Shown here: positions 31,851 to 48,560 of the stretch, one piece after another | Layout: each line of letters opens with the position of its first letter | Numbering within the stretch: position 1 is the stretch's first letter | Assembly (NCBI RefSeq): GCF_009914755.1 | Contig: NC_060934.1 | Strand: one strand, 5' to 3' | Origin: the human T2T-CHM13v2.0 reference genome, Homo sapiens | DNA: 64,000 nucleotides | Made by a program: the position numbers and the translations under genes | Notes under the pieces: model-generated | Database searches by the model: none | Seen by the model: only the letters and a program-made list of their open reading frames with translations | What the model was told of the DNA's origin: nothing

Positions 31851-32354
31851 AGTATGTTTCAAAATAAGAATTCATGTTCATTTTTTGTTTCACATGATAA
31901 TTAATCAATTGTTCTGGCATACCTTAATGAGCTGTCCATGTTTTCAAAAACTGATTTGCATCATCCCTCTGACATATATCAGATTTTCATATATGCATAT
32001 TAATATTATTCCCTCTTCTCTCAATTAGCTCCTTCTGGAATGCTGATGGACATGTTGGGCTTACTCTATCCTTTGTGTCTCTTTAATCTCTTAACTTCCT
32101 AACTATAGCCATATTAAAATAATTATTTTTTATTATATCCAATAATTCTAGTATCTTAAATCTTAGCTGGTCATATTGCAAATTTGTGTTTTCTGCTATA
32201 TCTCAATCGTGATAGCCTATTTCCTCATGTGCTTAGTGATTTTTAAAAATTATAATATGACCTTTAGAACTTTACCTGTGGGAATTACTTGAAGTTTGAG
32301 TGTAAAGTGGATTTTTCCAGAAAGAAGTTGGTTTTGCGTTTTCCAGGGACCTGG

Positions 32355-33000
32355 CCAGGCTTGTTTCTAACATTTGTAATGAGTACAGCATTTGCAAGAG
32401 TACAGATGGAATTCACATACCATATGTCTAAGTTTTTAAAAGTAATAAATTAAGCCAAAAACTGTTAAATGCAATGTTTTATCCTCCTACCTTGATAAAT
32501 ATACCTTCATAATGATGACACCTAAAAGTATTTGAAAACATATAATTTTTTAGGTGACTGGAAGTTGTCAAAATATCAGAGATTAGTGAATTTCATTATT
32601 ATTATGCATATCTAGGTGTTCTCTTGAGGGGCCAAAGTTTGTATGAGTAAATAAATGCTGTTTTATTTGTTTATATTCACTCTATAAAATCTATTTTTAA
32701 TCTTTCATTTCAAAACAATTACTTATTACAAAGTTTTCTTTCAGAATATTCAAAATTATCTATTAAAATTAGAAGGCAACATATAATTTATATGATGAAT
32801 GTAAACTTTTAAAGAAAAATGTAAGTGAAACTTAGCATTTATCTTTAAAAATATAAGTATTAAATGTTTTCTGAAAATACAACTCACAGTTCTAGCATTC
32901 TGTGTCCTAGTTGCAAATGTAAACTGTTGTTACCATGATTTTTAGTGGTTGTATACAGACCTACATATATACAAATATAAAAGAAATATGAATTGTTAAG
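32355..33000. mobile_element. hAT-Tip100 (Zaphod/MER115-like) remnant
   Basis: gcaagagtacagatggaattcacataccatatgtctaag...ttatcctcctaccttgataaatataccttcataa. Confidence 0.5.
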
Positions 33001-34059
33001 TATTGCAGATGTTCCTCCTCTGCCATCTGCAGTTATCACAAATGCTGTACTAATTTGTGAAGCAATGTAGAAAACCTTGAATTGGAACCTGAAGAGAAAT
33101 AGAAATGTAGATGCTGGGCACTGTGGAGATGGGATAATTTTTTTAATGCAAAAAATCCACTGGATATGTGTTTTCTGGGAAGAGGAATTTGACAAAATTG
33201 TCTTTTTAAAAATTTAACAACATCTGTAGCTAAATCCCCCTAGACTCCAAAATGGTGTTAGTCTTTGACACCACTGGCAGTGGCAAAATCCACAGACCTT
33301 CCTGGAAATGAAACACAGCTGCCTTTTGTTTCCAGGACACAGAGCAAGGGATATGGAGAAACATTTCCCCGGGACCTGAATGTTGTTAGACATGATGACA
33401 GATGTGTAGGATTATGAGTTGAACCATGTCAACACTGAGCACTACCTCCCAAGTGACAGAGGCATCCATGTGTGGTTTAGTAATTCTTTTATATGTGTAT
33501 AGGTGACATGTGGGGGCATTATCAGTTCAGGACCATTTTAGCCAAAATTATTGGCTTGGATGTTTTAGATAGAATGAAGTCCAACTGCAAGTCTATGGAA
33601 GAAGAGGTTTTTGAGAATTCTCAAGAAATAAACTTCTGTCTACTGTCATTCCAACCCAGAGCCAAGGCCTATGTAGGCATGTATCTTCATCGTCATCTGT
33701 GCCAGATTCGTTATTTATTTCTGATTTACTCATTGAACGTGTCATGTTTTAGAAATCCCATGTTTGTGTGGGAATTTGCAAGCTGAGTCTTGTCTTCTGC
33801 CTCAGCACACATAATCTATTAAAATTGAGGCTCTGAGCCAATAGGGATAGGCAGATATTCCAGAGAAAACGGCAGATTCAGTTCTCCCTTAGCCAAGTAA
33901 ATTTATGCCTTCTAACCATTTCTATTCTCTGAGAAATTCCCTTGCCACATCACCAGCTCAGTCATTCAGTAAAAGGTTTTTTTTAAATGTTTTATCCAGT
34001 ATTTTTAGATTTAAATGGTGGAGTTTCTAATCTACCACACTGCTAGAAATAAAATCCAG

Positions 34060-34480
34060 TGTTTACTGCTTATAGAACATTTTAATACGTTAGTTTAATG
34101 AATTCTTCTAGCAATCAAAAGGTAGCTACTCTTCCCAATTCACAGGTAAATTGCTGAGGCTCAGATGTTTGGTGACTTCCTATAGTGATATGATTTCATG
34201 TGTCAAACAGTAGTAAGGGTTAGGACCCAAGAGAAAATTGAATAAGAAATTCAACTTGGGAAGATAGAGAGGGAGGAAATGTGCAGGAGCTCAGGAGTTC
34301 CATGGGGGAAGCATGTGGTGTAGTGGATGGAGAAAAAATTTCTAGAGTCAGGTGCATTTGAGTTTGAATTCAAGTTTGATGTTTGTGCAACTTGGAACAT
34401 TACTTCATCAATGAGCCTCAGCTATTTTAGCTGTAACATGGGATGAATAGTCCCCTCTTAATTAATACATTCAGATATAA
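34060..34480. mobile_element. Two MIR fragments (- then +)
   Basis: ccaattcacaggtaaattgctgaggctcag; tggtgtagtgg...gagtttgaattc...gagcctcagctattttagctgtaacatgggatgaatag. Confidence 0.55.
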
Positions 34481-35437
34481 CATATATACTTAAAGATAGA
34501 ACAGAAACATTCGTAATTAAATAGTGACTAATTACAAACATTTTGACAATCCAAAAGAGTGGTAACATTTCAAACTCAAGAGAAGGCACTTTGTTTTTGA
34601 TAAATATCTTGATGAGCATCTTTTAGTATGAAAGGAAAAGCTCTAGTCTTCACTTGTAGGAAATTTTCTGAAAAGAGAGAATAAAAGTCTAAAAAGGGTT
34701 GAAGTGTGCAAGACAATAGAGAGAGCAGTTTATCCATGAGTAACTCTGGAGTGAAGAGTTAAGGGATCTAAGACCTGGTAAGGAGAAACTGAGGAGAACA
34801 GGAAGCTCCAGGAATAAGCAAGATGATGAAAGGAACTATCCAAGAGTTTTAGGATAGTGATGTCTAACATTTAACTTTCAGCTAGTGCCTATATTGTATG
34901 ATGCTGTCATTTCCTACCATGACTCTAAGCCTTTAATAAAAGTCTGGTTTCCATAAAAGACTGGTGGTAATGTTTTCTGTGGGAATTGAGGGAATTAACA
35001 GCAAAGCCTAGCATGCAATGAAGTGGTTCAGAAAGAGGACATAATGTCCACCACATTGGAGAGCAATCCATGGCAATAATGACAATAGGAATTACAGCAG
35101 TTGATATTGTGTGCTGACACTATACATTATGCAGATTAAAAAATATTCTTAAAGCAACCCTTGGAAGGAACAGGTATTGACTCCTTCACAAAAGGAGACT
35201 GAAAGTGTTTCAATAAGTATGTAAGAAGTGCTCAATATTATTAGTTATCAGGAAAATGAATATTGAAACCACAGTGAGATACCACTACACATTCACCAGA
35301 ATAAAGTTTAAAAGTTGTCTGTCATTTCAAATGTAAGTAGGAATGTGGAACACCTAGAACTCTTCTATCCTATGCAGATTTGAACTCAATCATATAAACA
35401 ATTATGTTAACTATAATTGGACTAAACAACTCTTTTA

Positions 35438-38400
35438 ATGGATAAATTCCTGGAAACACACAACCTCCCAAGATTGAATCAAAAAGAAATGAAAACCCTA
35501 AACAGACCAATATGGAGTTCTGAAATTAAATCAGTAATAAAAAAACCTATCAACCAATAAAAGGCCCATAATAACAGATGGATTCATAGTTGAATTCTAC
35601 CAGAGGTACAAAGAAGAGCTGGTACCAATCCTACTGAAACTATTTCAAAAAAAAATAGAGGAGGAGGAACTCCTCCCTAACTCATTCTACAAAGCCAGCA
35701 TTACCCTGATGCCAAAACCTGGCAAACACACAACGAAAAAAGAAAACTATAAGCCAATATCCCTGATTAACATAGACACAAAAATCCTCAACAGGATACT
35801 AGCAAACCAAATACAGCAGCACATCAAAAAGTTAATTCATCACAATCAAGTAGGCTTCATTCCTGGGATGCAAGGTTGGTTCAACATACACAAATCAACA
35901 AATGTTATTCACCACATAGACAGAATTAAACACATATGGTCATCTCAATAGATGCAGGAAAAGCATTTGATAAGATCCAGCATTTCTTCATGATAGAAAC
36001 CCTCAGCAAACTAGGCATCAAAGGACTATACCTCAAATAAGAGCCATCTATGACAAACCCACAACCAACATCACGATGAACAGCCAAAAGCTAGAAGCAT
36101 TCTCCTTGAGAACTAGAACAAGACAAGAATGCCCACTCTCACCGTTCCTTTTCAATATAGTACTGGAAGTCCTTACCAGAGCAATCAGGCAAGAGACAGA
36201 AATAAAAGGCATCCAAATAGGAAGAGGGGAATTCAAACTGTCTTCATGGATGATATGATTTGATACCTATAAAACCCTAAAGACTCCATCAAAAGGCTCC
36301 TGGAACTGGTAAATGACTTTAGTAAAGTTTAAGGATACAAAATGAACATAATGAAAAACAGTAGCATTTGTATACACCAATAATGTTCAAGCTGAGAGCC
36401 AAATCAGGAACATAATCCCTTTTACAATAGCCACACACACAAAAATATCTAGGAATACATCTAACTAAGGAGGTGAAAAATGTCTACAAGGAGAACTACA
36501 AAGCATTGCATAGATGACACAAATGGAAAAATGGCCCATGCTCATGGATTGGAAGAATCAATATTCTTAAAATGGGCATACTACCCAAAGCAATCTGCAG
36601 ATTCAATGCTCTTCCTATCAAACTACTAATATAGTTTTTTTCCAGAGTTAGTAAAAACTATTCTAAAGTTCAGATGGAACCAAAAAAGATCCCAAATAGC
36701 CAAAGCAATCCTATGCAAAAAGAACAAAGTGGAGGCATCACATTACCCAACTTCAAATTATACTACAAAGCTATGGTAACCAAAACTACATGGTACTGGT
36801 ACAAAAACAGACACATAGACCAGTGGAACAGAATGAAGAACCCAGATATAAAGCTGCACACCTACAGCTATCTGGTCTTTGACAAAGTTGACAAAAATAA
36901 GCTATGGGTAAAGTACTGCCTAGTCAATAAATGATGCTGGGATAACTGGCCAGCTATATGCAGAAGAAGGAAACTTGGACCCCTACCTTTCACCATATAA
37001 AAGTTAATATGGATTAAAGATTTAAATATAAGACCTCAAACTGTAAGAATCCTAGAAGAAAACCTGGGAAACACCATTATCAGCATTGGCCTTGGGAAAG
37101 AATTTATGACTAAGTCTTCAAAAGCAATTGTAACAAAACAAAAAATTGATAATTGGGACCTAATTAAAAGGCTTCTGCACAGTAAAACAAACTATCATCA
37201 GAGTAAACAGGCAACCTCTGCAATGGGAGAAAATATTTGCTAACTATGTAGCCAATAAAGACCTAATATGCAGATTCTATAAGGAACTTAAACATTTCAA
37301 CAGGCAAAAACCAAATAACCCCACTAAAAGTGGGCAAAGGAAATGAATAGACATTTCTCAAAAGAAAACACACAAGTGGCCAACAAACATATGAAAAAAC
37401 CTCATCTCACATCACTCAGAATGGCTATTATTAAGGAGTCAAAAAATAACAGATGATGGTGAGGTTGTGGAGAAAAAGGAGCACTTACACACTGTTGGTA
37501 AGATTTTAACCATTGTGGAAGACAGTGTGGCAATTCCTCAAAGATCTGAAGATGGAAACACCATTTGACTCAGCAATCTCATTACTGGGTATGTATCCAA
37601 AGGAAAATAAAAAAGAGACATCCATTTGTATGTTCATCAGAGCACTATTCACAATTCCGAAGACATGGAATAAACTTAGGTGTCCATCAACGGTTGATTG
37701 GATAAAGAACATTTAGTATGTGTACCCCAGGAACTATTATGCAGCCATAAAAAAGAATAAAATTATGGATGCAGCTGGAAGCCATTATCCTAAGCGAATT
37801 AATGCAGGGACAGAAAACCAAATAGCACATGTTCTAATTTATAAGTAGGAGATAAACTCTGGGTACACATGGACGTGAAGATGGCAGTAATAGACATTGG
37901 GGAACACAACGGGGAGAAAGGGAGGAGGAACAAGGTGTATTAGTCCATTTTCATGCTACTGACAAAGACATACCTGAGACTGGGTAATTCATAAAAAAAA
38001 AAAAGAGGTGTAGTGGACTCACTTTCCATGTGGCTGGGGAGGCCTCACAATCATGGTGGAAGGCAAAAGGCGTGTCTTACATGGCAGCAGACGGGAGAAT
38101 GAAAACCAACCAAAAGGGGTTTCCCCTTATAAAACCATCAGATCTCATGAGACTTGCTCACTACCACGAGAACAGTATGGGGGAAACCGCCCCGATGATT
38201 CAATTATCTCCCACCAGGTCCCTCCCACAACACGTGGGAATCATGGGAGCTACAATTCAAGATGAGATTTGGGTGGGGACATAGCCAAACCATATCACAA
38301 GGGTTGAAAAAGTATTGAGTACTATGGTCACTATTTGGATGATGGGATCATTTGTGTCTCAAACCTCAGCATCATGCAACATACCCATATAACAAACCTG

Positions 38401-38445
38401 CACATATATCCCGAGTCTAAAATAAAAGTTGAAAGTATTTTAAAA
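35438..38445 (+). mobile_element. 5'-truncated older primate L1 (L1PB-like), interrupted by THE1
   Basis: Fragmented ORF2 peptides (35709-35951, 36076-36258, 36674-36934, 37513-37716); L1PB-type 3'UTR ending aaaataaaagttgaa. Confidence 0.9.
37936..38297 (-). mobile_element. THE1B/C solo LTR
   Basis: tgtattagtcc...ccaaaccatatca; perfect 5-bp TSD caagg at 37931-37935 and 38298-38302. Confidence 0.92.
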
Positions 38446-38446
38446 A

Positions 38447-41780
<3,334 letters not shown>

Positions 41781-43798
41781 GCTGGTGCCATCAATCACTG
41801 GGTAGATCCTTGTCCAAAGGAGACTGAGTGAAGGGCCCTAGGAGAGGACAGGAAAGAAACAGCGAAGGAAGAGGACACCAACTAGTGAGCAACGGTGGCA
41901 GGATCAGAGAAGAGGCCCCGTGGCAGCAGGGGTGAATCATCAGCATACAGTGGCAGTAGGAGCACTAAGCCATCAGCATCTAGGCCTATGGAGGCCACTG
42001 GACTGTTGTCTTTTTTCCGGTGCAGTCGAGGGTCTCTGTCTTGAGACCTCCAATCTGGGCTCCCAGAAGACGGCTTGAGTAAAGACAGCCCAGACGTCTT
42101 CAAAGAGCTCATCCTGCTCCCCCCTGCTCAAGAGGCTGACAGAGACAGTGCTTGATGAAGGCCGTCGGAGAGCTCTCCACTCACTGATGTTGGAGGAGAC
42201 TAGCAGGGAAAAAAGCTTCCAGACACCATTTAGATGCTTGTCAGGGAGAAATTCTTCACCCACATCTGCCAGCTGTAGGCCTCGTTGATGGAAAATTTCA
42301 ATGTTGCTGCTGCCGCCACTGCTACTGTTGTGGGATGGAGGTGAGCTGCCTTCCTCCCCTCCTCAGCTTCCTTGTCTAGTCATTAGAGAAGACCTAAGCT
42401 TAGAGAAGAAAGCTGAGTGTCAATGGCTCAATAACATATCGGAAGTTAAGACTGAAGCCACCATGGACTGCAGTGTCACTCAGCCTGTGGGTTCTATTGC
42501 TCTGCCTGCTGTAGGGAATGAAAACATCCTGCCCCTGGTCACTTTCACCTTGTGGGTCTTGCGTGTTAAAACATTCCCAGTTGCAAACTTAGCTGACCAG
42601 TCTGCCAGGGCCCCAGTCCTGTCTGCCCTTCTATCTTCTCACACTCCAGAGACTGACTGTAGAATGAGATGCACATTCCTCTCCTGATTCTCCATTTGCT
42701 GTTTGTGCTGACTGTCTTTCTCCTTTTAGGTTCAAGCTCATTTTGGGGGTTCCACTTAGTAATAAGAACAGAGGACCTGCATTCCCATCCCTCAGTCATA
42801 GCTGGAGTGTCTTCTACTACTGTCCTCCTCACACCTGCCAGCACCTTGATTTTCTCCTAGCTTGCCTCCTGCAGAATAGAGTCACCTATGGACTCTCCAG
42901 TGGATTCATGGATACCCTCCCCCAGTCACCTCCGCCAGTACTCAGCCTTCTCCCACCAGCCTATCACTGCTTCTGCAGTCATGTCCTCCATTGCAACCAG
43001 CACGTCTGCACGGTTGAACTCTTAGCTACTTTGAACTTTGATGTCACTGGCATGGACATCACTCCCCCTTCTCAAGCTTTCTTCCTGAGTTCTCCTTCAG
43101 GCTCCAGAGAGAACATCTTCCCATTTTCCATGGAGCTCCCTGGTTCTGAGAACATGTCACCCAGGAGCAGCATTACCTCAGCCTGTTCCCACCAGTTTGT
43201 CTGCACAGTTGGTCAGTGGCCCAAATGCAACTTTCAAAGTTATTGTGGCCCAAGAGCCACTGTTTAGCCCACATTTGAGCCCCTTCTGGGCTGAAGCTTG
43301 CAGCTACCAGCTTTGGTAACTTATTGACATCAGACAGCCCCAGTAAGAGCTTCAGACTTAACCTCCACTGCAGCCCAGCCACTCACTGACAGCATCAATA
43401 AGCTTCGTGGGTTTTACATCCTTATTTTCCCTTTGGCATCCCTTTCAGCACCCAGCTGCCCTTTGGATGCACCTCAGACATTTTGCCTGTTGGTACAGCC
43501 ACTACTTCTAGCTTTAGAGCCCCCACCAGAATGCTAGCCCTGGGGCTAGTAGTTCACTGCTTGCCAAGACTACTGCAGGCCCATTTGTGTTTATGGAATC
43601 TGCAGCCCCAGTGGGGAGCAGCAGCTTTAGGGTGAGTGTGGCTGCCCTAGGCCCAAGATCCATGTCTAGACCACTCAGCTTTGGTGAGGAACCAAGGGGG
43701 TCACCCAGTTCCAGAACTCATTTTGAGAGAGGCTTAAATCTGAGCACAATGGTCCTGATGGCTCACAGCATCCTTGTTGCAAATGTAGACCCCACTTT

Positions 43799-44023
43799 AT
43801 TTTTTATTTATTTTTTATTTTTTGAGACAGAGTCTCGCTCTGTTGCCCAGGCTGGAGTGCAGTGGCGTGAACTTGGCTCACTGTGCAACCTCTGCCTCCT
43901 GGATTCAAGCAATTCTCCTACCTCAGCCTCTGCAGTAGCTGGTACTACAGGCACACGCTGCCACGCCTGGCTAATTTTTTGTATTTTTAGTAGAGACAGG
44001 GTTTCACCGTGTTGTCCAGGCTG
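43799..44023 (-). mobile_element. 5'-truncated AluS inside the pseudogene
   Basis: Reverse Alu with T-rich tail; TSD agacc(c/g)cacttt at 43787-43798 and 44025-44036. Confidence 0.9.
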
Positions 44024-44085
44024 CAGACCGCACTTTTATGGAGAGCCAATTGATCTTGGGAGACAGTTTTCTTCCTGTCTGTAGT

Positions 44086-44760
44086 CAGAGCACTGGTCTC
44101 CTGGTTGAGAGCATATCTGTTACTACTGGAGGAGTCAGCCCCAATGAGAAGAAATTACACTTTTTGTGTGTGTGGTCATATCACATGGACCCACCGTGCC
44201 AGAGCACATCTGGTACAGTTGGAGTGGCCAGAACCACACCTGTGCTTGAGGGTCCTTTTCTGTCTGCTTCTACCTTTCTTCAGAGCACCTGGGGCCCACT
44301 TGGCCACAGCATATTTGTTGTAGTCACTGGGGCCAGCACTATTTCCGTGCTTGGAGATACCTCTACTCATATTTACAGTCATAGCGCCTGGGACACACCT
44401 GACCAGAGCATCCGTAGCAGCACAGGGCCAGCCCCATATCTGTGCTTAGGCCCACGCATTTCCATTTACAGTGAGACCACGTGGCCCCCTGCTGGATAAA
44501 GTTCAGATGGCACAGTGAGAGGAGCCAGCCACACTGTGTTGGGAGACTCTTTTGTGCATATGGTCAGTGTAAGTGAGGCCCACTTATTCAGAGCAATCCT
44601 GTTACTACTGGATGAGCCAGCACTACTGAGAGAAGAAATAGGTGTTCCCAGGCTCCAGAGTGAGGCTGCCTCCCATTTGTCCAGGCACATTTCAGTATGG
44701 AGCGCATATCTCCTGCAAAGGCCCCAGCCTCCACCAGCCCACTTGCATTTATGATCAGCA
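44086..44760 (+). repeat. Degenerate ~99-bp repeat array 1
   Basis: Unit starts at 44086, 44177, 44281, 44380, 44473, 44565 (QSTWGP.GQS-like). Confidence 0.75.
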
Positions 44761-44939
44761 GCCCCACCACAACTTTCAATCTTCCCTTGGGCTGAGAGCC
44801 ATCACTCATCCACATTTGGGATCTCTAGTGGGCAGTGGCAGGAGCCACTCTCCCCAGTGCCTCTGCTTTTTCTGGCCTACCTATCACTGCCTCTGTAGTT
44901 GCCTCTATGCCTGTAGTCAGCACCTCAGCAGAGTCCACA

Positions 44940-46500
44940 TCCAATCCTACCTCTGACTCTGATGAAATTGATATGGATACTAAGCTCCTTCCCCAGGCTG
45001 TCATCTCTGGTCTCCCTGGTCTCCAGCGAATACTTCCCATTTTCCACGGAGCTCTCTGGTTCAGATAATATGCTACTCAGAGGCAGCACTGGCACAGTTG
45101 GTTAGTGGCCCTAATGCAACTTGCAAAATCATTTTGACCCCCTGTGTATATTTCAGGTCCCTGATGGGCTGCAGCCTGGAGCTACCAGCTTTGTTGGCTC
45201 TTTCCCTTTTGGAAACCAGGAAGCCTCAGCACAAGCTCCTGATTTAACCTCTGCCACATCCTAACCACCAGATGGCAGCACAACTCAATCAGCTTCATGG
45301 ATTTGACGTCTCCATTTTCTACCTTTGACATCCCTGTCATCACCCAGCTGGCTTGTGGTTGCACCTCAGGCATTTTCTTAGTTGGTACAGCTACTAATTC
45401 TGGCTTTAGAGTCTGCACCAGGACTTGGGGGCAATAGTTCACTGTTTGCCAACCCTACTGCAGACCCATTTGTGTTTATGGAATCTGTGGCCTCTATGGG
45501 TTGCAGTAGCTTTAGGATGAGTGTGGCTGCCTTAGTCCAAGATCCATATCTAGACCACTCAGCTTTGGTGCAGGACTGAGCAGACACTGGTTTCCTGAGC
45601 TGAGACACCTAGACCTGAGTACCAGGTTCTTGCTGGCCTAGAGCAATCTGGTCCATCTCTACAAAGAGCAAATCTGGGAGATACTTTCTTTCATGTCTAT
45701 AATCAGAGCCAGCTGGGTGAATGCACATCTGTTACTATTGGAGGAGTCAGTCCCATGGAGAAGAATCAAGGTCCAGGCAACAGTTTTGTTCCTTCTTGTG
45801 GTCAGATTAGCTGAGACCCGTCATGCCAGAGCATATCTCTTACAGTCACAGGGGCCAGCACTACACCTGTGTTGGGCTTTTCTTTTCCCAACTTCCGTCA
45901 GAGCTCCTAGGGTCCCCCTGGCCAGAGCACACTTGTTGCAGTGGGAGAGATCAGCACCCCTCTCATGCTTGGAGATACTTTCCTTCATGCCTACAATCAG
46001 AGCACCTGAGGCGTGCCTGATCAGAGTTCATCTTTAGGAATAGCAGCAGCTAGTGCATACCTGTGCTTGCAGGTCCTTATGTTCTCACATACAATCAGAG
46101 CACCTGGAGCCCATGTGGTTAAAGTCCAGATGGTACAATGGGAAGGGACATCATGGAACTTGTTTTTGGAAATGCCTCTCTTCCTACTATCATTCTGAGC
46201 TCCTGGGGTACTCATTACACATAACACTTCTGTTACAGTCAGAGGGGACAAGGCTGTACATGATTCAGGAGACATTTCTGCTTTGGTCTGAGTCAGAATA
46301 CCTGGTCACCTAGCCATGGTACCCCATTTGACTTTTGAGGAGACAGCACTACTGAGAAAATACCTGTGCTTGGAGACACTTTTGCTCCTACCTTTGGTTA
46401 GAATACTTCCAATTCTGATGTGATCACTGCAAACATCAGCCTTGCCTTTGGGACACTTTCATTAGCAGCAGGGATTGTGGCAAATGGAAATGTGGTGCCA
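44940..46500 (+). repeat. Internal duplication unit 2, with ~99-bp array 2 (45704-46500)
   Basis: Unit starts at 45704, 45803, 45899, 45998, 46096, 46195, 46294, 46399. Confidence 0.82.
45265..45280 (+). promoter_or_regulatory. CTCF core motif
   Basis: CCACCAGATGGCAGCA, near-optimal match; binding not shown. Confidence 0.5.
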
Positions 46501-47369
46501 TCCACCCTTTGCCTTCTCCTAGTGCAATTAAGAAACACAAGCTTTCTTTGAAAATGGCAGGCTGCAGTGACCACTGTCCCCCGTGAATAGCCATCACTCT
46601 GATGGAAAGAGGCTCAGTTTTATGGAGTTATGTCAAACAAATTTAACCCTCTGTCTGTCTTCTAACAGCAAGCTGCAGGACCAGCACCTTGGGGTGGTAT
46701 ATATGTCTGTCAGAGGGTGTGGGGCAAATGAGGCTGGTCAGAAGTTCACATACTTGACTTGAAAATTTCCACTGTAGAGAGTAGAAGAGGGCTCTGCACA
46801 CATCATCGACTAAGCCATACCTGGCTTTGCCTAAATAGCCTGGCAATCTGAAGCCCTGGGCCAGTTTTCCTCTTGTCTTGTAACTAGCAGTTTACCCTCT
46901 GCTCCTACAGCTGCCCCATTCTCTTTAATCATTTGTCTCAGTGGGCCCTTATCTTTCTTTCCCAGATTATATAGATAGATAAACAGATGGATGGGGAGAT
47001 AGATAGATAAAGCCTTGTTCTTCCTAATTCATGTGTCTTTGCTCTTTGACTCAATGTTGGAGGAAGAATTAACTTGCATGAATGGTGATATATTGAGCCA
47101 GACTTAACTGTGCAGTTTTCTGTGGCCAGTGAATAGAAGTGGAAGTGCCCATACTTTATGAGTTTACATGCTGTTGTTTGAAGTTGGCATTTTTGAATAT
47201 AAGCAATGGCAACCCAGGAGGACATGAGGTCCAGAGGATGGAGAGACCGGCGTCTTGCTCTTGCCTCCTCCCTCCTGGCTACTCTCCCATCACTCTGACC
47301 TCCCTGCAGGCAAGATCATCCCTGAGGCATATTTGGAAATCACACTTTACAATTTTCATCATTTAACAA

Positions 47370-47373
<4 letters not shown>

Positions 47374-47412
<39 letters not shown>
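47374..47412. repeat. (TG)n microsatellite
   Basis: About 19 perfect TG units. Confidence 0.97.
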
Positions 47413-47414
<2 letters not shown>

Positions 47415-47442
47415 TTGACAAAAAAATGTAGACTTAGGGCAA

Positions 47443-47828
47443 CGTCTGAGTTCATTCGGGCTTCTATAACAAAATACCAGAGACTGGCTAATTTTAAACC
47501 ACAGGAATTTATTTCTCACAGTTACGGAGACTGGGAAGTTCAAGATCAAGGTGCTGGTAGGTTCTGTGTCTGGTGGAGACCCACTCCTCAGAGATGGTGC
47601 CACCTAGGTGTCCTCACATGGCAGAAAGAACAGAAAGGCAAAAGAAAAGTAAACACTGTGTCCTCAGGTGGCAGAAGAGTGAAAGAGCAAGGTCTTTTAT
47701 AAGAGCTCTAATCCCATTCATAAGAACCTAACCTATAATCACCTCCTAAAGGTCCCACCTCTTAATGCCATCACATTGGTGATTGCTCTTTAACATACGA
47801 ATTTTGGGGGATACATTCAGACTACAGC
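47443..47828 (-). mobile_element. MaLR solo LTR (MSTD/MLT1A-like)
   Basis: ctataacaaaataccagagactgg...aatttatttctcacagtt...gttcaagatcaaggtgctgg...cattcagactacagc. Confidence 0.8.
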
Positions 47829-48249
47829 TGCCAGTTATCTCCACACATTCATACTCAGAAAGGATGGGCCTGGCATCTGGGCTCATGGCCTGGAAGAACA
47901 AAGAAAGGAAGAGCTTCCACCTGCTCTGTAATGATTGAAAATGTTAATATAACACATATTACAGTTGTATCATGCTGCTTAAAAAAATCAGGAAATATCC
48001 TTTCTTCAGGGAAGTATCTAGACAGGATCTATTTAGAAAAATAACCAGTCTGGCTCTAATGCTACTAAAATGCCAAATCTTAAGAATTATAATTTCACTT
48101 AAATCTGGCTGACCTTACAGACCTGCTGTGTCTCCATTAGACTTAGTTGCTGATGGTGCAATCTTCTCTAAGTCATGTCATAACAGGAGAACCTACATAA
48201 GATGAGAAGACAGAAAAGTACAAGCATTTCCCTCAGCTCCATACATTTG

Positions 48250-48560
48250 ATTTTATTTCACATTTATTCATTATGACTCTACAGTAGACTCTGCGCTAGG
48301 CCCTAGAGATATAAAGTTGAAAGATGTCTCTTTTCCAGATGAATTTACAACGTGTTAGGGAGGACAGAGGAATAGACCAAAAATACAAGTGGAAAGGTCA
48401 GTATTAGGGCAGTGGGAGTGACTAACAACATAAAACTAAGTCTCGGGTAGAAGAAACTTGAGTTGTGTCTTAAGGAAGAGGAAGCAGCCAGGTGGAAAAG
48501 GGCTATTTCCAGGTTAAGGAGACAGTATGTAAAAGTCCGGGAGAGATATGAGATCTTGAG
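48250..48560 (-). mobile_element. L2 fragment
   Basis: tttatttcacatttattcattatgactct...ctgcgctaggccctagagat. Confidence 0.55.

Larger units (their letters stand above)
43020..44800 (+). repeat. Internal duplication unit 1 of the pseudogene
   Basis: catttgtgtttatggaatctg...agaccactcagctttggtg at 43582 recurs at 45467 (offset 1885). Confidence 0.85.

Noticed and set aside
31639-31920. Tyr/Ile/Val-rich ORFs
   Set aside because: Translation of a TA-rich low-complexity tract
44086-46500. Regularly spaced cagagcacctgg motifs resembling a CRISPR-like array
   Set aside because: Whole units are homologous, codon-phased and degenerate, with no unique spacers; eukaryotic coding-repeat relic
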